This document shows, piece after piece, positions 1-12,516 of a stretch of 64,000 nt of DNA. The DNA is from Vicugna vicugna (lineage: Eukaryota). Below the pieces are notes generated by a model. The model saw only the letters and a program-made list of their open reading frames with translations. It was not told the origin of the DNA and searched no databases. The stretch is taken from NCBI GenBank assembly GCA_013265495.1, contig MU058292.1:1-64000 (forward strand), given 5' to 3'. The translations under genes were made by a program, and so were the position numbers. Position 1 is the first letter of the stretch; each line of letters opens with the position of its first letter.

Positions 1-345
1 CCCTCACCCCTACCCTGACCCTGACCCTGACCCTGACCCCGACCCCGGCCCCGACCCTCCCCTCATGATCATCCTTGCCGTGTCCTTGATTGTCACCATC
101 ACCCTTTGTCTGTTCCTGCCTCTAGGCATATACCTAGCCATGTCTACTTTGACCCTGATGCTGACCCTAACCCTGACCCTGGCCCTTGTCCTGACCCCTG
201 ACCCTGGCCCTTCTCATGACCCTTTACCCTGGCCTTACTACTGACCCCGGCCCTGTACTTGACTTTGGGTCTGTCCTCATCCTCTGGCTCTGAACCTTAA
301 CCTGACCCTAGCCCTTACCCTTACCACTGACTTCGGACCCTGACC
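1..345. repeat. Degenerate telomere-like hexamer array, mostly CCCTGA with CCCCGA/CCCTAA/CCCTGG variants (TCAGGG/TTAGGG on minus strand)
   Basis: 6-bp periodicity visible directly, e.g. ccctgaccctgaccctgaccctgaccccgacccc near base 14 and ctgaccctaaccctgaccct at 161-180; decays rightwards. Confidence 0.8.
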
Positions 346-375
346 CAGAGTTGTTCTATAAGGGTGAGAGGAGCC

Positions 376-460
376 TATTCCTCCTCCTTCATCCTCTTCT
401 TCCTCCTCACTCCCCTCCTCCTTCCCCCTTCTCTCTCTACTTCTTGTCTCTCTTTGTTGT
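376..460. repeat. Pyrimidine-rich low-complexity tract (CTC/CTT-rich)
   Basis: ctcctccttcatcctcttcttcctcctcactcccctcctccttcccc; explains the E/G-rich ORF 277..483. Confidence 0.7.
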
Positions 461-619
461 CTAAGAAATCCCTGTTCAAACACTAGCTCAACCCAGTCTA
501 AACAACGACGACTTCATAGGCCACACATGAGGAAGAATATACAGACATTTCATTAAAATATTTCAGAAAAGTCACTAAACAAAAAGTACCAGAGTAGACT
601 CTAAAAACATCAACCCTGA

Positions 620-3600
620 GATGGAGAAAATTCCAGAATTATCATTTTATTGTATTCAAAGTGTATAGTGCTCAACAAAAATTTATGAAGCATGAAATGA
701 AAGGAAAAAGTATACCCACTGACAGATGAAATTATCAGTTACTGTCCTGAGAAACACGAAAAATATAAGACATATCAAACAAACACCAAAATGGCAAAAA
801 TAGGTCCTTCCTTCTCAGTAATTACTTTAAATCTGATTGTATTAAACTCTCCAATCAAAAGAAAAAGCCTAGGAGAAAGGGTTATAAAAATACATGCTCC
901 AACATTTACTGTCTATAAGAGCATCACTTTAGAGCCAGACACAAAACGGTGGAAAGTGAAAGGCCAGAACAAGCCATTCTATGCAAACGGTAAACAGAAG
1001 AGAGCTGGGGGGGGGTCAACTAGTATCAGGTAAAATGGACTATACGTCAAACCGTTACCATGAAACAAATAAGACATTATGTACTGATAAAAGGGTTTTG
1101 GAAGATTTCACACTTATCTAGAAGATGTAATACACGTCTAGACCCCAAATAGCAGAGCCCCTACAGACATGAGGCAGAACTAAAGGGAGAATGTGACGGT
1201 TCTAAAATAATAGTTGAAGACTTCAGTACCCCTTTCAATAATGCATAGAACATCTAGACAGAAAATCAGTAGGGAAATGAGTGAATTAACACCATAAAGC
1301 AACTAGACCTCACAGACATACTCAGGCGGCTACACCCAACATCAGCAAAATAGACATTCTTCTTATAAGCAGATCAGACATTCTCCAGAAGAGACCATAA
1401 GTTAGGGCACAAAACAAGTTTCAATGTATTTAAAAATGTAGAAGTCACACAATGTCTTTTCAGACCACAATGGAATGAAGCTAGAAATCATTTACAGAAG
1501 GAAAACTGGAAAACTGACAAATATTTGGAAACTAAATCACACATAAACAATGAGTCAAAGAAAATAAATCACAGGAAAATTAGAGAACAAAGATAAATGA
1601 CAGTAAAAGCAAAATATACCAAAACCTATGGAATACAGAAAAAAATAGTGCTCAGAACGAATTTATACCAATTACTCCCTAATCTGAAAAAGGTGGAAGA
1701 TCTCAAATCAGCATCTGACTCTTACACCTTAAGGAACTAGAGAGAGTGTGACCTAAAACCTAGGCAGCAGGAAGGAAATAATAAAGATTAGTGTGGTGGA
1801 AAATGAAATACAGAATGGAAAAATGGTATCAGTGAAACACTAGTTGAATCTCAGAAAAGATCAGCAAACTGACAAATCTTTATTTAGCTGACGGGAAAAA
1901 AGATGGAAATAAATAAAATCAGAAATGAACATGGGCTGTGTGATGATAAGCAAATACTGAGTAAACACAAAGGTCTTAATTAGCTCCATCTGATCAGAAA
2001 AAAAAAAAAAGGACATGAACATGGAGACAGTTCTACCGATGCCACAGAAATAAAAAGGATGACAAGAACATCCTATGAACAACTGACTCTACACCGAACA
2101 GATAATTCAGATTAAATGGGTAAATTCTGGGAAATACACATATTATGAAAACTGATTGAAAAATAGAAAACCTAATAAAACCCATACTAAGTAAATAAAT
2201 TGAGTCAGCTATCAAAAGCATCTCAACAAACAAAAGCCCGATTGGCTGGCTTCCCTGGTGAATTCTACCAAACATTTTAAAAGGAATTAACACCGATTTT
2301 TCTTCAGACTCTACCAAAAAATAGAAGAGGAAGAAATGCTTTCTAACTCTTTCTATAAGGCCCATTTTACCCTAATACCAATACCAGACTAAAAAATCAG
2401 AGGTAAAGAAACTACGGGCCAATATCCCTTACGAATATAGATGCAAAAATCCTCAACAAAATACCAGCAAACTAAGTCCAAAAATATATTTAAAGGGTTA
2501 CACACTAGGACCCTGTGAGATTTATCCCAGGTATGATTCAACATTAGAAAATCAATCAATATAACACACCATATCAACAGAATAAAGGGGAAAAGCCACT
2601 AGATCACCTTTCATAAAGACAGTCAGCAAACTAGCAACATAAGGAAACTTACTCAACATGATAAAGGACATTTAGGAAAAGCTCACAGTGAACATCAAAT
2701 TCCATGATAAAAGGCTGAAAGTTTTTTCCTTAATCAGGAACAAAACAAGGATGTCTGCTTTCACTGCTGCTATTCAATATTTACTAGTAGTAGGTAAGAA
2801 GAAAAAGGAGGCATTCAAACTGGGAAGGAAAAAGTAAAACTCTGTTCACAGATGACGTGATTCCCATGGGTAGAAAATGCTGAAGAATCCACAAAATAAC
2901 TTAGTATCAGAGCTAATAAAGTTAGCAAAGTTATAGAGTACAAAATCAACACTCAAATATCAGTTGAGTTTCTACACGAAAGCAAGGCACTTCCTGAAAA
3001 GAATATTATGGGGAAGGGTCTAGGTGTAATAGCACATGTAAGAATAAAATACCTAGGAATAAATTTAACAAGGGAGGTCAAAGACATGCACACTGAAAAC
3101 TACAATATTGCTGAAAGAAATTAAGGAAGACCTACAAAATGGAAAGACATCCTGTGTTTATGGATTGAAAGACTTAATATCGTTAAGATGTCAATACTAC
3201 TCAAAGTCATCTATAGATTCATCACAATTTCTATCAAAATTCTCACAGCCTTTTTTGCAGAAGTGGAAAAAATAATCCTCAAATGCATGTGGAATTACAA
3301 AGGACATTGAAAAGCCAAAACATACTGAATACAAAGAAAGTTGAAAGACCCGCACATTTCACAAGCTACAGTTGTCAAAACAGCGTAGTACTGGCAGGAG
3401 AACAGACATGTAGATTAATGGTACAGAACTGAAAACCGAAATGAACCCACACACCTAGGGCCAGCTGGGCTTTGGCAAGGTTAGGAAGAATTCAACAAGT
3501 GGCACTGGGACAACTGTATACTCAGATGCACATGAATGAAGCTGGAACCTTATCTCACACCATATGCCAAAATTTATCAAAACGGATCAACAATCTACAT

Positions 3601-4590
3601 ACAGGAGCTAAAACTGGTAACGTTCTTAGAAAAAAACATAGGCATAAAGCTTCACGACCATGAACTTAGGAAGGGATTCTTGGATTCGACACCAAAAGCA
3701 TGAGTAACAGAAGAAAAATTAGATAGGTTGAATTTCATCAAAAGTAAAAAAAAAAAAATTGTGCACCAAAGACATTATCAAGAAAATGAAAAATTAACTT
3801 ACAGAGTTGGAGAAGATAATTTCAAGTCATATATCTGATAAGGGTCTAGTAGCCAGAATATATAAAGAACTTCAACTCAACAACAAAAAGGAAAACAACA
3901 TAAGTTTTAAACGGATAAAGGACTTGAATAGACATTTCTCCAAAAAATATATACATCTCTTTCATAACATGAAAATACGCCCAACATCTTTAGTGTTTAG
4001 GGAAATGTAAATCAAAACCACTTCACACCCACTAGAATGACTGTAATTTTTAAAAAGGAAAATAACAGATGTGGTGGGGCTGCAGAGAGAAATGAGAACT
4101 CTCGAACACTGCTGGTGGTCAGGTAAAATGGTTCAGTTGTTGTGGAAAATATTTCAGTGGTTCTAAAAAAGTTGAATAGAGTTACTATATGAGCCAGCAA
4201 TTCTACTCATCAGTATGTACACAAAAGAACTGAAAACAGGGACTCAGACAAGTGCAAGTACAAGCACGTTCACCAAAAGAAGCAGCAACCCAACACCCAT
4301 CACCTGGATAAGCCAACTGTTTACATACAAACAGCAGAGTGAAATCCAGCTACAAAAAGGCGTCAAATGCTGATGACGCTACAACATGGGTGAACCTTGT
4401 CCAGTGATATTAAATATCCAGACTAGATAAACCTGCAAGATGGAGAACAGACAGAGACAGAGGATGAGGGGAGAGACGGGGCTCAGACTTCAGTGGGCTA
4501 ATGAAAATGTTTAATAACCAGATAGAGGGGGGTGGTTCTGCTTTATGAATGCAACAAATGTCACTGAACTGTTCACTTTAAAATGTTCAA
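620..4590 (+). mobile_element. Old, decayed LINE-1 (L1M-type): ORF2 remnants from endonuclease through RT to 3' UTR
   Basis: ORF 791..1033 resembles the L1 endonuclease N-terminus (SVITLN..LNSPIKR..WK..FYANGKQKRAG); RT-region DNA such as gatgcaaaaatcctcaacaaaatacc; ORF 3807..4010 resembles ORF2 C-terminal region; many frameshifts. Confidence 0.85.
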
Positions 4591-4639
4591 GTGGGGAAAG
4601 GCAGTCTCTTCAATATACATGTTTGAGATTTGCAAATAT

Positions 4640-4790
4640 TAAATACTCCATATTAAGATAGATTAAAAAAACAAGCTGCTTCTTTACAGCACAGGGAACT
4701 GTATTTGATGTCTTGTAATAATATTTAATGAAAAAGAATATGAAAATAAATATATGCATGTACATGTTAAAAATAAAATTGAAGTTAAAT
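4640..4790 (+). mobile_element. Short L1 3'-end fragment (cetartiodactyl type)
   Basis: aacaag...tacagcacagggaactgtatttgatgtcttgtaataat...aatgaaaaagaatatgaaaa resembles the fragment at 54895-55095. Confidence 0.6.
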
Positions 4791-4819
4791 TCATTTCTGG
4801 GGGAAAAAAAGGAAGAAAT

Positions 4820-5890
4820 ACTGGTGCTGAGAAAATGGGACAGCCTCATACAAAAGAGTGAAACCGGGCCACTCTTCCACACCAAATACAGAAATAAATT
4901 CACAGTGGATTAAAGACTTACATGTAGGACCCGAGACCGTAACACTCCTGGAAGAGAAACCCAGGCAGCACACCCTTTGTTCAGTCTTGGTGACATTTAC
5001 TTTGGGTCTGTCCCTCAGGCAAGGGAAACAAAAGCAAAAAGAAGCAAATGAGACTTCACCAAAAGAGCCACGACACAGCAGGCAGGGCCATCTGCTGGAC
5101 GGAGAGCACATGGGCTGACCGTGTCTTGTTGCTGATCTTTGCTGATCTTGGGCTGCTACACACTGAATGTTTCTGGCAGCTCTGCGTCAGGCTAGTCTGC
5201 ATATGCCACTTTTCTGACAGAATTTGCTCATTTTATGTCTTTGTCTCACACTTTCTTAATTCTCACAGAATTTCAACTCCTCCACTAACAGAGAGTATGG
5301 CTCACTGCAGGCTCAGGTGCTGGTTAGCATTTTTTAGCAATAAAATATTTTAAGTTAAGGTGTGCACATTGTTTTTTAAGACGTAATGTTATTTCACACT
5401 TAGCAGACCACAGTACAGTGTAAATGCAACTTCTATATGCATTGGGAAGCCAGAAAAGTGTGTGACTTGCTTTATGATGATATTCATTTATTGCATTGGT
5501 CTGGAACCAAACCTGCAACAGCTCAGAGTTATGCCTGTATTTGCAAATGATATATCCAATAAGGGGCTAATATCCAAAATACTTTTAAAAACTCACACAA
5601 CTTGATACGAAAAGAACAAACAATCTGATTAGAAAATAGGCAGAGTAAGTGAGCAGGCATTTTCCCAAAGACATGCATAAGGCTGACCAGCACATGAAAA
5701 GATGCTCAACGCCACTGAACATCAGGAAAATAAAATTCAAAACCACTGTAAGATCCCACTTCACACCTGTCAGAACAGCTGTCATCAACAAGACAAGAAA
5801 CCGTTAAGTGTTGGCGAGGGTGTGGGGGAAAGGGGGCCCTCACGCACTGCTGGAGGGACTGTAAATCGGAGCAGATGCTGTGGAGAACAG
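4820..5890 (+). mobile_element. L1 ORF2 3' fragment interrupted by a Tigger1 derivative
   Basis: ORF 4858..5118 contains INSQWIKDLHVGPETVTLLEE (L1 ORF2-like); L1 sequence resumes at ~5540 (ttgcaaatgatatatccaataaggggctaatatcc). Confidence 0.8.
5110..5539 (+). mobile_element. Internally deleted Tigger1 DNA transposon (TcMar-Tigger)
   Basis: 3' end ggtctggaaccaaacctgcaacagctcagagttatgcctgTA and internal ggttagcattttttagcaataaa match recalled Tigger1 sequence; 5' part degenerate. Confidence 0.75.
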
Positions 5891-7454
5891 CATCTGATGG
5901 GCACTTCTGTGTTTCCCTTTCTAGTAGGTCCCCAAAGGGAAAAGACCATCCAGTAGGGAAGCTACACACAGAAGGCGCTATTCCATGTGGTTTTTAAAGC
6001 ATTTAGATAAAAAGGAGGGAGATTCGGGGCCAAACGGTTGGTCTTGCAATGAGGAAAATGCAAACTGTGTTGGAGGACACTGTCCACTCGCTCAGTTTGG
6101 CCAGATCACTAACGGTATAGCACATGGACAGAAAGCAGACACCACGGCTCCGAAGCTGGGCTGATGCTGGACCACAGAGGAAGGAGGGACAGCTGAGGGT
6201 GACCCACGCTGCCTCGCTCACTCTCTGGTGCCAAGGTGGGGGGAGGGGTGGCAGGGTGGCCCCAGGACACGGGGGGAAGCACAGGGGTGGTGGGGCCCCC
6301 ACCTCTTGGATGTACGGGAGGCAGTGAGGAGACCTGGAGAACTCACTGTCACGTCACCCCGCCCCCCTCCATGTGTCTCTTCCCGTTTCTGAGATGTCCG
6401 GGGCTTTCTGCTGCAGGAAGAAAGAGCCAGGAGGCACAGGGCTGCTCTGTCCTGGATTTTTAATTAAAAGGATGGAAGATTTGGACATGTTGGGGAAAGT
6501 CGGATTCTGTAGTTTTCACGTGAACCTGGGACAAGAGAAAGCTTCTCCTCGTTGACTTGCCACCCTGGTCCCCACGGCCACGTGTGCCCAGGTCAGGCAG
6601 TCTCCTGCCAGGTGCGTGAGACCTCCATGGCTGGAGAATTTTCGGAAAGCTGGTTTCTGCTTCTCTCCATATTCTTTCTTGATCCTGTTTTATGTCCTCC
6701 TGCTGAACAAAGGCTCAGCCTGTCACCTGTGCAGATGTCACAAGTGGTCAAAGTCCCTCCTCAGTTCTGCACTTATTAGGGGAAGTGATGTCTCATCAGC
6801 ATATATGATGTAAAACCAAATTAGCTCTTGTTACTTATGTGGGTGTGCCAAGACGAAACCAAGTCTAACCTTATATTAACAGACGGATCAATCGTGCCTG
6901 TCCCACACAGCCTCATTGATGCTGGACATGAAAACAAGGCTTTCCTGTACCCACTGCAGCTGGATGTGGTCCTGGCAACCAAGGAAAGCGGCTCTGGGGC
7001 TGCAGTGACTGCTGTCTGGACACAGCTCTGAGTAGACACCTAGCCCCTAGGGAGGAATGCTTGCTTATTCCCCGGCCCCGGCCAGCTTTGTGCTAGTTGG
7101 ATGTGCAGTTAGTCAACACCGAGGCTGAAATAAAACTCAGTTTAACAAATGGCACCTTCAGCTGGCACTGTGGTTTATTTTGCTAGATTCCTATAATAAA
7201 TGTTTCATGTCTCCATGTTTTTTCCCCAGAACCTTTGAGCCACAAGTGGTTAAAGTCACCCAGTCTAGTTTCTCACCTTGGTCTTCACAGCTGCCGACAT
7301 TTTTCCATCAAAGAAACTGCCATACTAGTTTCAGGGCTTTATTATGGGATGAAATGGAGAACAGGAGACCCGAGGGAGCATCTCCAGAGCAGGCTGCAAA
7401 GGGAGGGAGGGAGAGAGAGAGAGTGTGTGCATGTGTGACCTTGAGGACAGGTCA

Positions 7455-9055
7455 ACAGCGCTCACCAACCTGAGTAACAGAGAGAAAGGAGACTGAGAAA
7501 GAAATGAACAGAGTGTCAGGGACCTGTGAGGCCACCCACAAAAGCCAACACTCATTCCGCTGGAGTCACAGAAGGAGAGGAGAAAGGGTGGGGCTCAAGA
7601 GATATGTAAAGAAATAATGGCTGAAAATGTCCCAGATTAAGCAACATGAACCCCCAGAGTGAAAAAGCTAAAAGAGCCCCAAGTAAGAAAAAGAAAAATC
7701 AGGCAAAGAAAACATCGTAATTAAACTTCTGAAAACTACAAAGTCTTGAAAGCAGAAACTGCCCACAGCCCACAGTGCCCCCCGTGCAGGTGCCAGGGGC
7801 CATCTCATCAGAAGCCACGGTGGCCGGAAGAAGTGGCACCATGTTTTTCTACAACTGAAATTTCTAAAAACCCATGAATCATGAATTCTACACCCAGTGA
7901 AAATATTCCTTGGGATGGAAGAGGAAATAAAACCTGTCTGTCGAAGGAGAATGACCGGAATGGGCCACCAGCAAACCGACCCTCCAAGAACAGGAAAAGG
8001 ACGTTCTCTAGCTGAAAGGAAAGGCTCACGAGGGAAAGTGTGGCCTTCAGAGAGGGAAAGAGACACTCAGAATGAGCAAAAATAGGGGCAAACAGAATGT
8101 TCTTCCCATGAGCTTATTAAATCATACTTAATGGTTGAAGTAAAAATGTTAACATCACCTGATGCGGTGCTCAATGTATGTTGAGAAAACACTTACAAAG
8201 ATTCCATCTAGAAAGTGGGAAGGGTAAAGGGGCCTGAGTAACAGTGCGGGTAAGACCTTGCCACCTGCAGACGGTAGTAAGTTACAATGTATGTTGCAAC
8301 TGCTAAGAAAACGGTACAAAGTGGTGTATCAATAAGTCAACATGGAATCCAAACATTTTCAGGTAATTCACAGGAAGGCAAGAAAAGAGAAACAGAAGAA
8401 AAAGAAACAGAGTAAGCATGAATATTAACAGCTTATTTCTAACAGCTCAAACCTGGAAGCAACCCAGTGCTTCAGTGGGCTGAACGTGGTAACAAACAGA
8501 GGGACGTCCAGACTGGAGAACACGACTCGGTCATAAAACAGCGCAGTGTGAACATGCAAGAGCTTGGACTGGTCTCGAGGGAGTTACACTGACTGAAAAA
8601 AGCCAACCACACCGTAGGATTCTATTTATATGGGTCTTGAAATGGTAACATCGCAGAAATAGAGAACAGCTGGTGGTGGCCAGGGGTTAGGGACAGGAGG
8701 GTTGGGCACCCAGCACGAGGGGGTAGGGGGGTGGGTATGAGATCCAGTGGGAAGGAAAAAGGGGAACAGAAGACAGTGGGGGGAGACTGTGGTTATAAAA
8801 GGGCAGGAAGAGGGTTCTTTGTGCAATGGGACGGTTCTGTGTCTTGACTGTGGTTGTGGGTACACTAACCTACACGTGCAACACAACTGCGCAGAACTAA
8901 ATGCTCACACACAAACGAGAGCATGGGAAACTGATGAAATCTGAGCAACAGACTCCATTTCTATCGACTTCCTGGTTCTGATACTGCACTATATGCAAGC
9001 GCCTACCATTTAGGAGACTGGGGAAAGGCCTCATAGGTCTCCCTATGTTATTTTT
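7455..9055 (+). mobile_element. Old L1 (L1MC/MD-like): ORF1 and spacer remnants followed by 3' end
   Basis: ORF1-like DNA (aacagagtgtcagggacctgtg...gaaataatggctgaaaatgtcccaga); 3'-end-like DNA from ~8425 (aacagctcaaacctggaagcaaccc...tcttgactgtggttgtgggtacac). Confidence 0.6.
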
Positions 9056-9064
9056 GAATTATCT

Positions 9065-10845
9065 CTTGTAATGGACACATAACTTACATAGAACATGAGT
9101 GCCAGGTCCACAATATGATGATTCACTGTAAGTTTATGTTGTGAAATGATCATCATGTTGTCTAGTTAGCATCCACCACCACACAGTTACAATTTTATTT
9201 TCCTGCAATATTTTAATATTTACTCTCTCAGAAACTTTCAAATACAGCTGACCCTTGAACAACACGGGTTTGAACTGCACAGGTCCACTTATACTTGGAT
9301 TTTTTTTTGATAAATATACAGTCGTTCCTCCAAATCCTCAGGTGCTAAATCCACAGATTCAACCAACCAGGGTACATGTGCTCTGCTTACTCCCTGCACT
9401 TGGCTGGATCTGCAGATGCAGGATCCCTGGAAACAGACAGCCCACTCTGGGACTTGGGCATCCGTGGATTCTGGTGTCTGCAGAGGGTCCTGGAACCAAC
9501 CCCCTGGAGATTCCAAGGGACAAGTGTGTATAACACAGTATTATTTACTATAGTCACCATGCTGTACATTACATCACAAGACTTATTTAGAACTGAAAGT
9601 TTGTACCTTTTGACCCACTTCACCTGTTTTTGTCCACCCCCTACCTCTTGCCTATGGTAACTACCAATCTCTTCTCTGTATGAGTTCATTTTTTGTTTGT
9701 TTAGATTCTACATGAGCTCAATATGGTCTTTCGTCTTTATCTGATTTATTTCACTTAGCATAATGCCTTCAAGGTCCATCCACATTGTCACTAATGGCAA
9801 AACTTCATTCTTTTTTATGGCTGAATTTTACATATGTACGTAACATTTTATCTATTCATCCATCAGTGGACACTGGTTGATCTGCGTCTTGGCTGTTGGC
9901 AACATCTTATCTATTCGTCCCTCAGGAAACACTGGTTGTTTTGTCTTGGCTGCTGTAAATGATGCTGCGGTGAACATGGAGGTGCAGATATTTTTCCAAG
10001 TTAGTGTTTCCATTTCCTTCAGATAAAAACCCTCAAGTGGTCACATAGTCACTTTATTTTTAATTTTTGGAGGAATCTACATACTATTTTCCACAGGGGC
10101 TGCACCAATTTACATTCCAGCTAACACTGCACAAGGGCTCCCTTTCCTCCACACCCTCACCAGCACTTGCTACCTCTTGTCTTCCATGGACGGCCCCTCT
10201 GGCTGGTGTGAGGTGATGTCTCACTGTGGTTTAGATTTGCATTTCCCTGGTGATTAGCAATGCTAAGCATCTTTTAGTGGTTTTTTTTTTTGGCCATTTG
10301 TATGTCTTTTGAGAAAATTTCTATTCAGATCCTCTGCCCATTTTTCAGTTGAGTATTTGGGGGTTTGGGGGATTGAGTTGTATGAGTTCTTTTGGTCATT
10401 CACCCCAGAGCAGATGCACGGTCTGCAAGCATCTCCCATTCTGCAGGCCGCCTTTTCGTTCTGACGGTTTCCTTTGTTGTGCAGAAGCTTTTCAGTTTGA
10501 TGTCATCCCTTTCGTTGATTTTACTTTTGTTGCTTTTGCTTTTGTCAGATTCAATAAATCATTAACAAAACCTGTGTCAAGGAGACTTACCCTTAGTTTT
10601 CCTCTAGGAGTTTTAAGATTTCAGGTCTTATGTTCACATCTTTAATTCACTCTAAGTTACTTTGTATGTAGGATAACGGTCAGTCTTATTCTTTTGCCTG
10701 TGGCTGTCCAGTTTTCCCAACACCATTTACTGAAGAGACTGTCCCTTCATATTGCATATTCTGGCCTCCTTTGTTGTAAATTAACTGACCACACATGCAT
10801 AGGTTTATTATTTCTCTTAATACCATATGAACCCACAATTTTCTC
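9065..10845 (-). mobile_element. L1 3' portion (L1MA-like), antisense, interrupted by a MER2-like element
   Basis: Antisense L1 motifs: atttcacttagcataatgccttcaaggtccatcc, gctgcaccaatttacattcc, gtccagttttcccaacaccatttactgaagagactgtcc. Confidence 0.85.
9245..9529 (-). mobile_element. MER2/MER2B-like non-autonomous Tigger element
   Basis: TA-flanked; left end cagctgacccttgaacaacacgggtttgaactgc; right end reverse-complements to a MER2-like start (gtcccttggaatctccagggggttggttccaggaccc). Confidence 0.7.
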
Positions 10846-12038
10846 TAAATAAAAACTTTTGATAAATGGGTCTTCCAGAAAACCGTTCATAAGCCCAATG
10901 CAAATATGATTTTCCCTCTTTTGGGGAAAAAGATGGGAATAAATTATTGTGGTAATAATGATTTTCCAGTAAATCACAGCAGGGTCTCTGTACATATTTC
11001 TCAAAGAAAAATTCCACATGATCACAACTGGGGCAGAAAATGCTTCCAGAGCCTGTGCAAACTCACTCTTTGTAAGTTGTTAACAGTTACTCTTTAAAGT
11101 TGTTGCTAAAAATCAAAAAGGAAGCTGCCCATTAGACACACCTCAAAGAGGTCAGGTGTAACTTCCTCTTTTAAAAGAGTATCAGGTTGCAAGAAATAAT
11201 CTTATTCTCCTCCTAAAAGTCAGGGACTCAGACTGGCTCAGTCACATGGGAAAAAAAAGAAACTTCACGTCCCCATCAGATTTATGAAGCTACAAGTAAG
11301 GGGTGGAGACCCATGTAATACTAGATGAGTACTGTGTATCATTGTCTGAAACAGAGATAAAGGGGCAGCAGAGGCCACATCGGTTTCCAGGTGTCTTCGT
11401 GCTCAGAAATTCTTACGGGGCATGTTATCAGTTTAGCCCAAAGAAAGCAGTGACCCCTCATGTGGCACACACAATGCTGGGGAGACAGAATATTCCTCCA
11501 TCTCCAGATAAAATGAACCACAGGTGTTTTCCAAGTTGATGCAATCTGTGTAGAAATAATGCCACACAAGGGACCATCTGTCATAAGACATCAGGACAGC
11601 AGGAGACAGCAGACTTCCAGCTCTGAGCACAAATGGCTCTGTTCAAATTTAGGGTCTAAAATAGGTTCTAGAACTATAATCCAAGGTGAGGCTGGGAAGA
11701 ACAGTGATTATACACAAGCCACGTTACATAAAATGCAAATGTGTGTAAATGGACTGAAAGACGCATAGATTTAACATGAAGAGGCCAATGGTAAATAAGA
11801 CTAAACCTCTTTTTGTTTGTGGTTCTTCAGTCACTTACATACAATTAAAATCAAGCTAAAACATCAGTTATGTTTCATTATAAAGCATCACAGAATTTAT
11901 GCCTCAAGTCTCATTGCATTTTATAAAAAGGAGTTTCATTCACTGGCAGGTGCTCTCCTAACAGCCATGTATCTAAGTCACGCCATCACATGTAAATTAA
12001 TTAGAGAGTCACATTTCAACTTCAGGGCACTGTAATTA

Positions 12039-12044
12039 TTTATT
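12039..12044 (-). terminator. Candidate polyadenylation signal (AATAAA) of DDX60
   Basis: tttatt on + strand, ~370 nt downstream of the stop; first canonical hexamer I found past the stop; no transcript evidence. Confidence 0.45.
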
Positions 12045-12416
12045 CTAATCTTAACAGAATTTTTACAAATTACAACGAGAAAAGAAATGCTGAGAATGTA
12101 AGACCAGTTTAGGCCTCACAGAGCAAAACTGGTTCTTCCACCACAAGCAAAATCCTCTCGTTTCTCAGTTGATCACATGCCAGCCAAGCTGTGACATCGT
12201 CACTAAGCTGTGCAGAGAAGCCGAGATCCAGAGACAGGAAACAGTTCATCCCAGGGGCTCAGGAGAAAGCACGGCACGGCGGTCACAGCCCCAGCTCAAA
12301 GCCTCACTCTCCCTACTCCGTCCTGCCCATGTTCCTAACAAGACGCATCAGAATCAGAAATTATGACTTGGAAAACGTCCATGGCCGTCCTCCAAGTGGT
12401 CTGGACAAGACTGTTT

Positions 12417-12516
12417 TCAGATTTTTTTAAATTTTTCAGAAAAGGTTTCACTCAGCTGCTCAAATGCTAAGACCACGTTGTCCTCTTCGTTTCCACACAG
12501 TTCCCGCAAAGAGATG
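12417..12516 (-). CDS. DDX60: DDX60 terminal coding exon: (S)[32 protein letters not shown]
   Basis: Acceptor catttccag; 100 nt; TGA at 12417-12419. Confidence 0.93.

Noticed and set aside
277..483. Acidic/Gly-rich 68-aa ORF
   Set aside because: Translation of the low-complexity tract and telomere-like hexamers; no other coding evidence
6821..7039. ORF containing SGYRKALFSC, loosely like the ANXA10 C-terminus as I recall it (SGHYKKALLAIC)
   Set aside because: Match is very short, on the wrong strand for the expected convergent arrangement, and lacks the flanking residues and stop position
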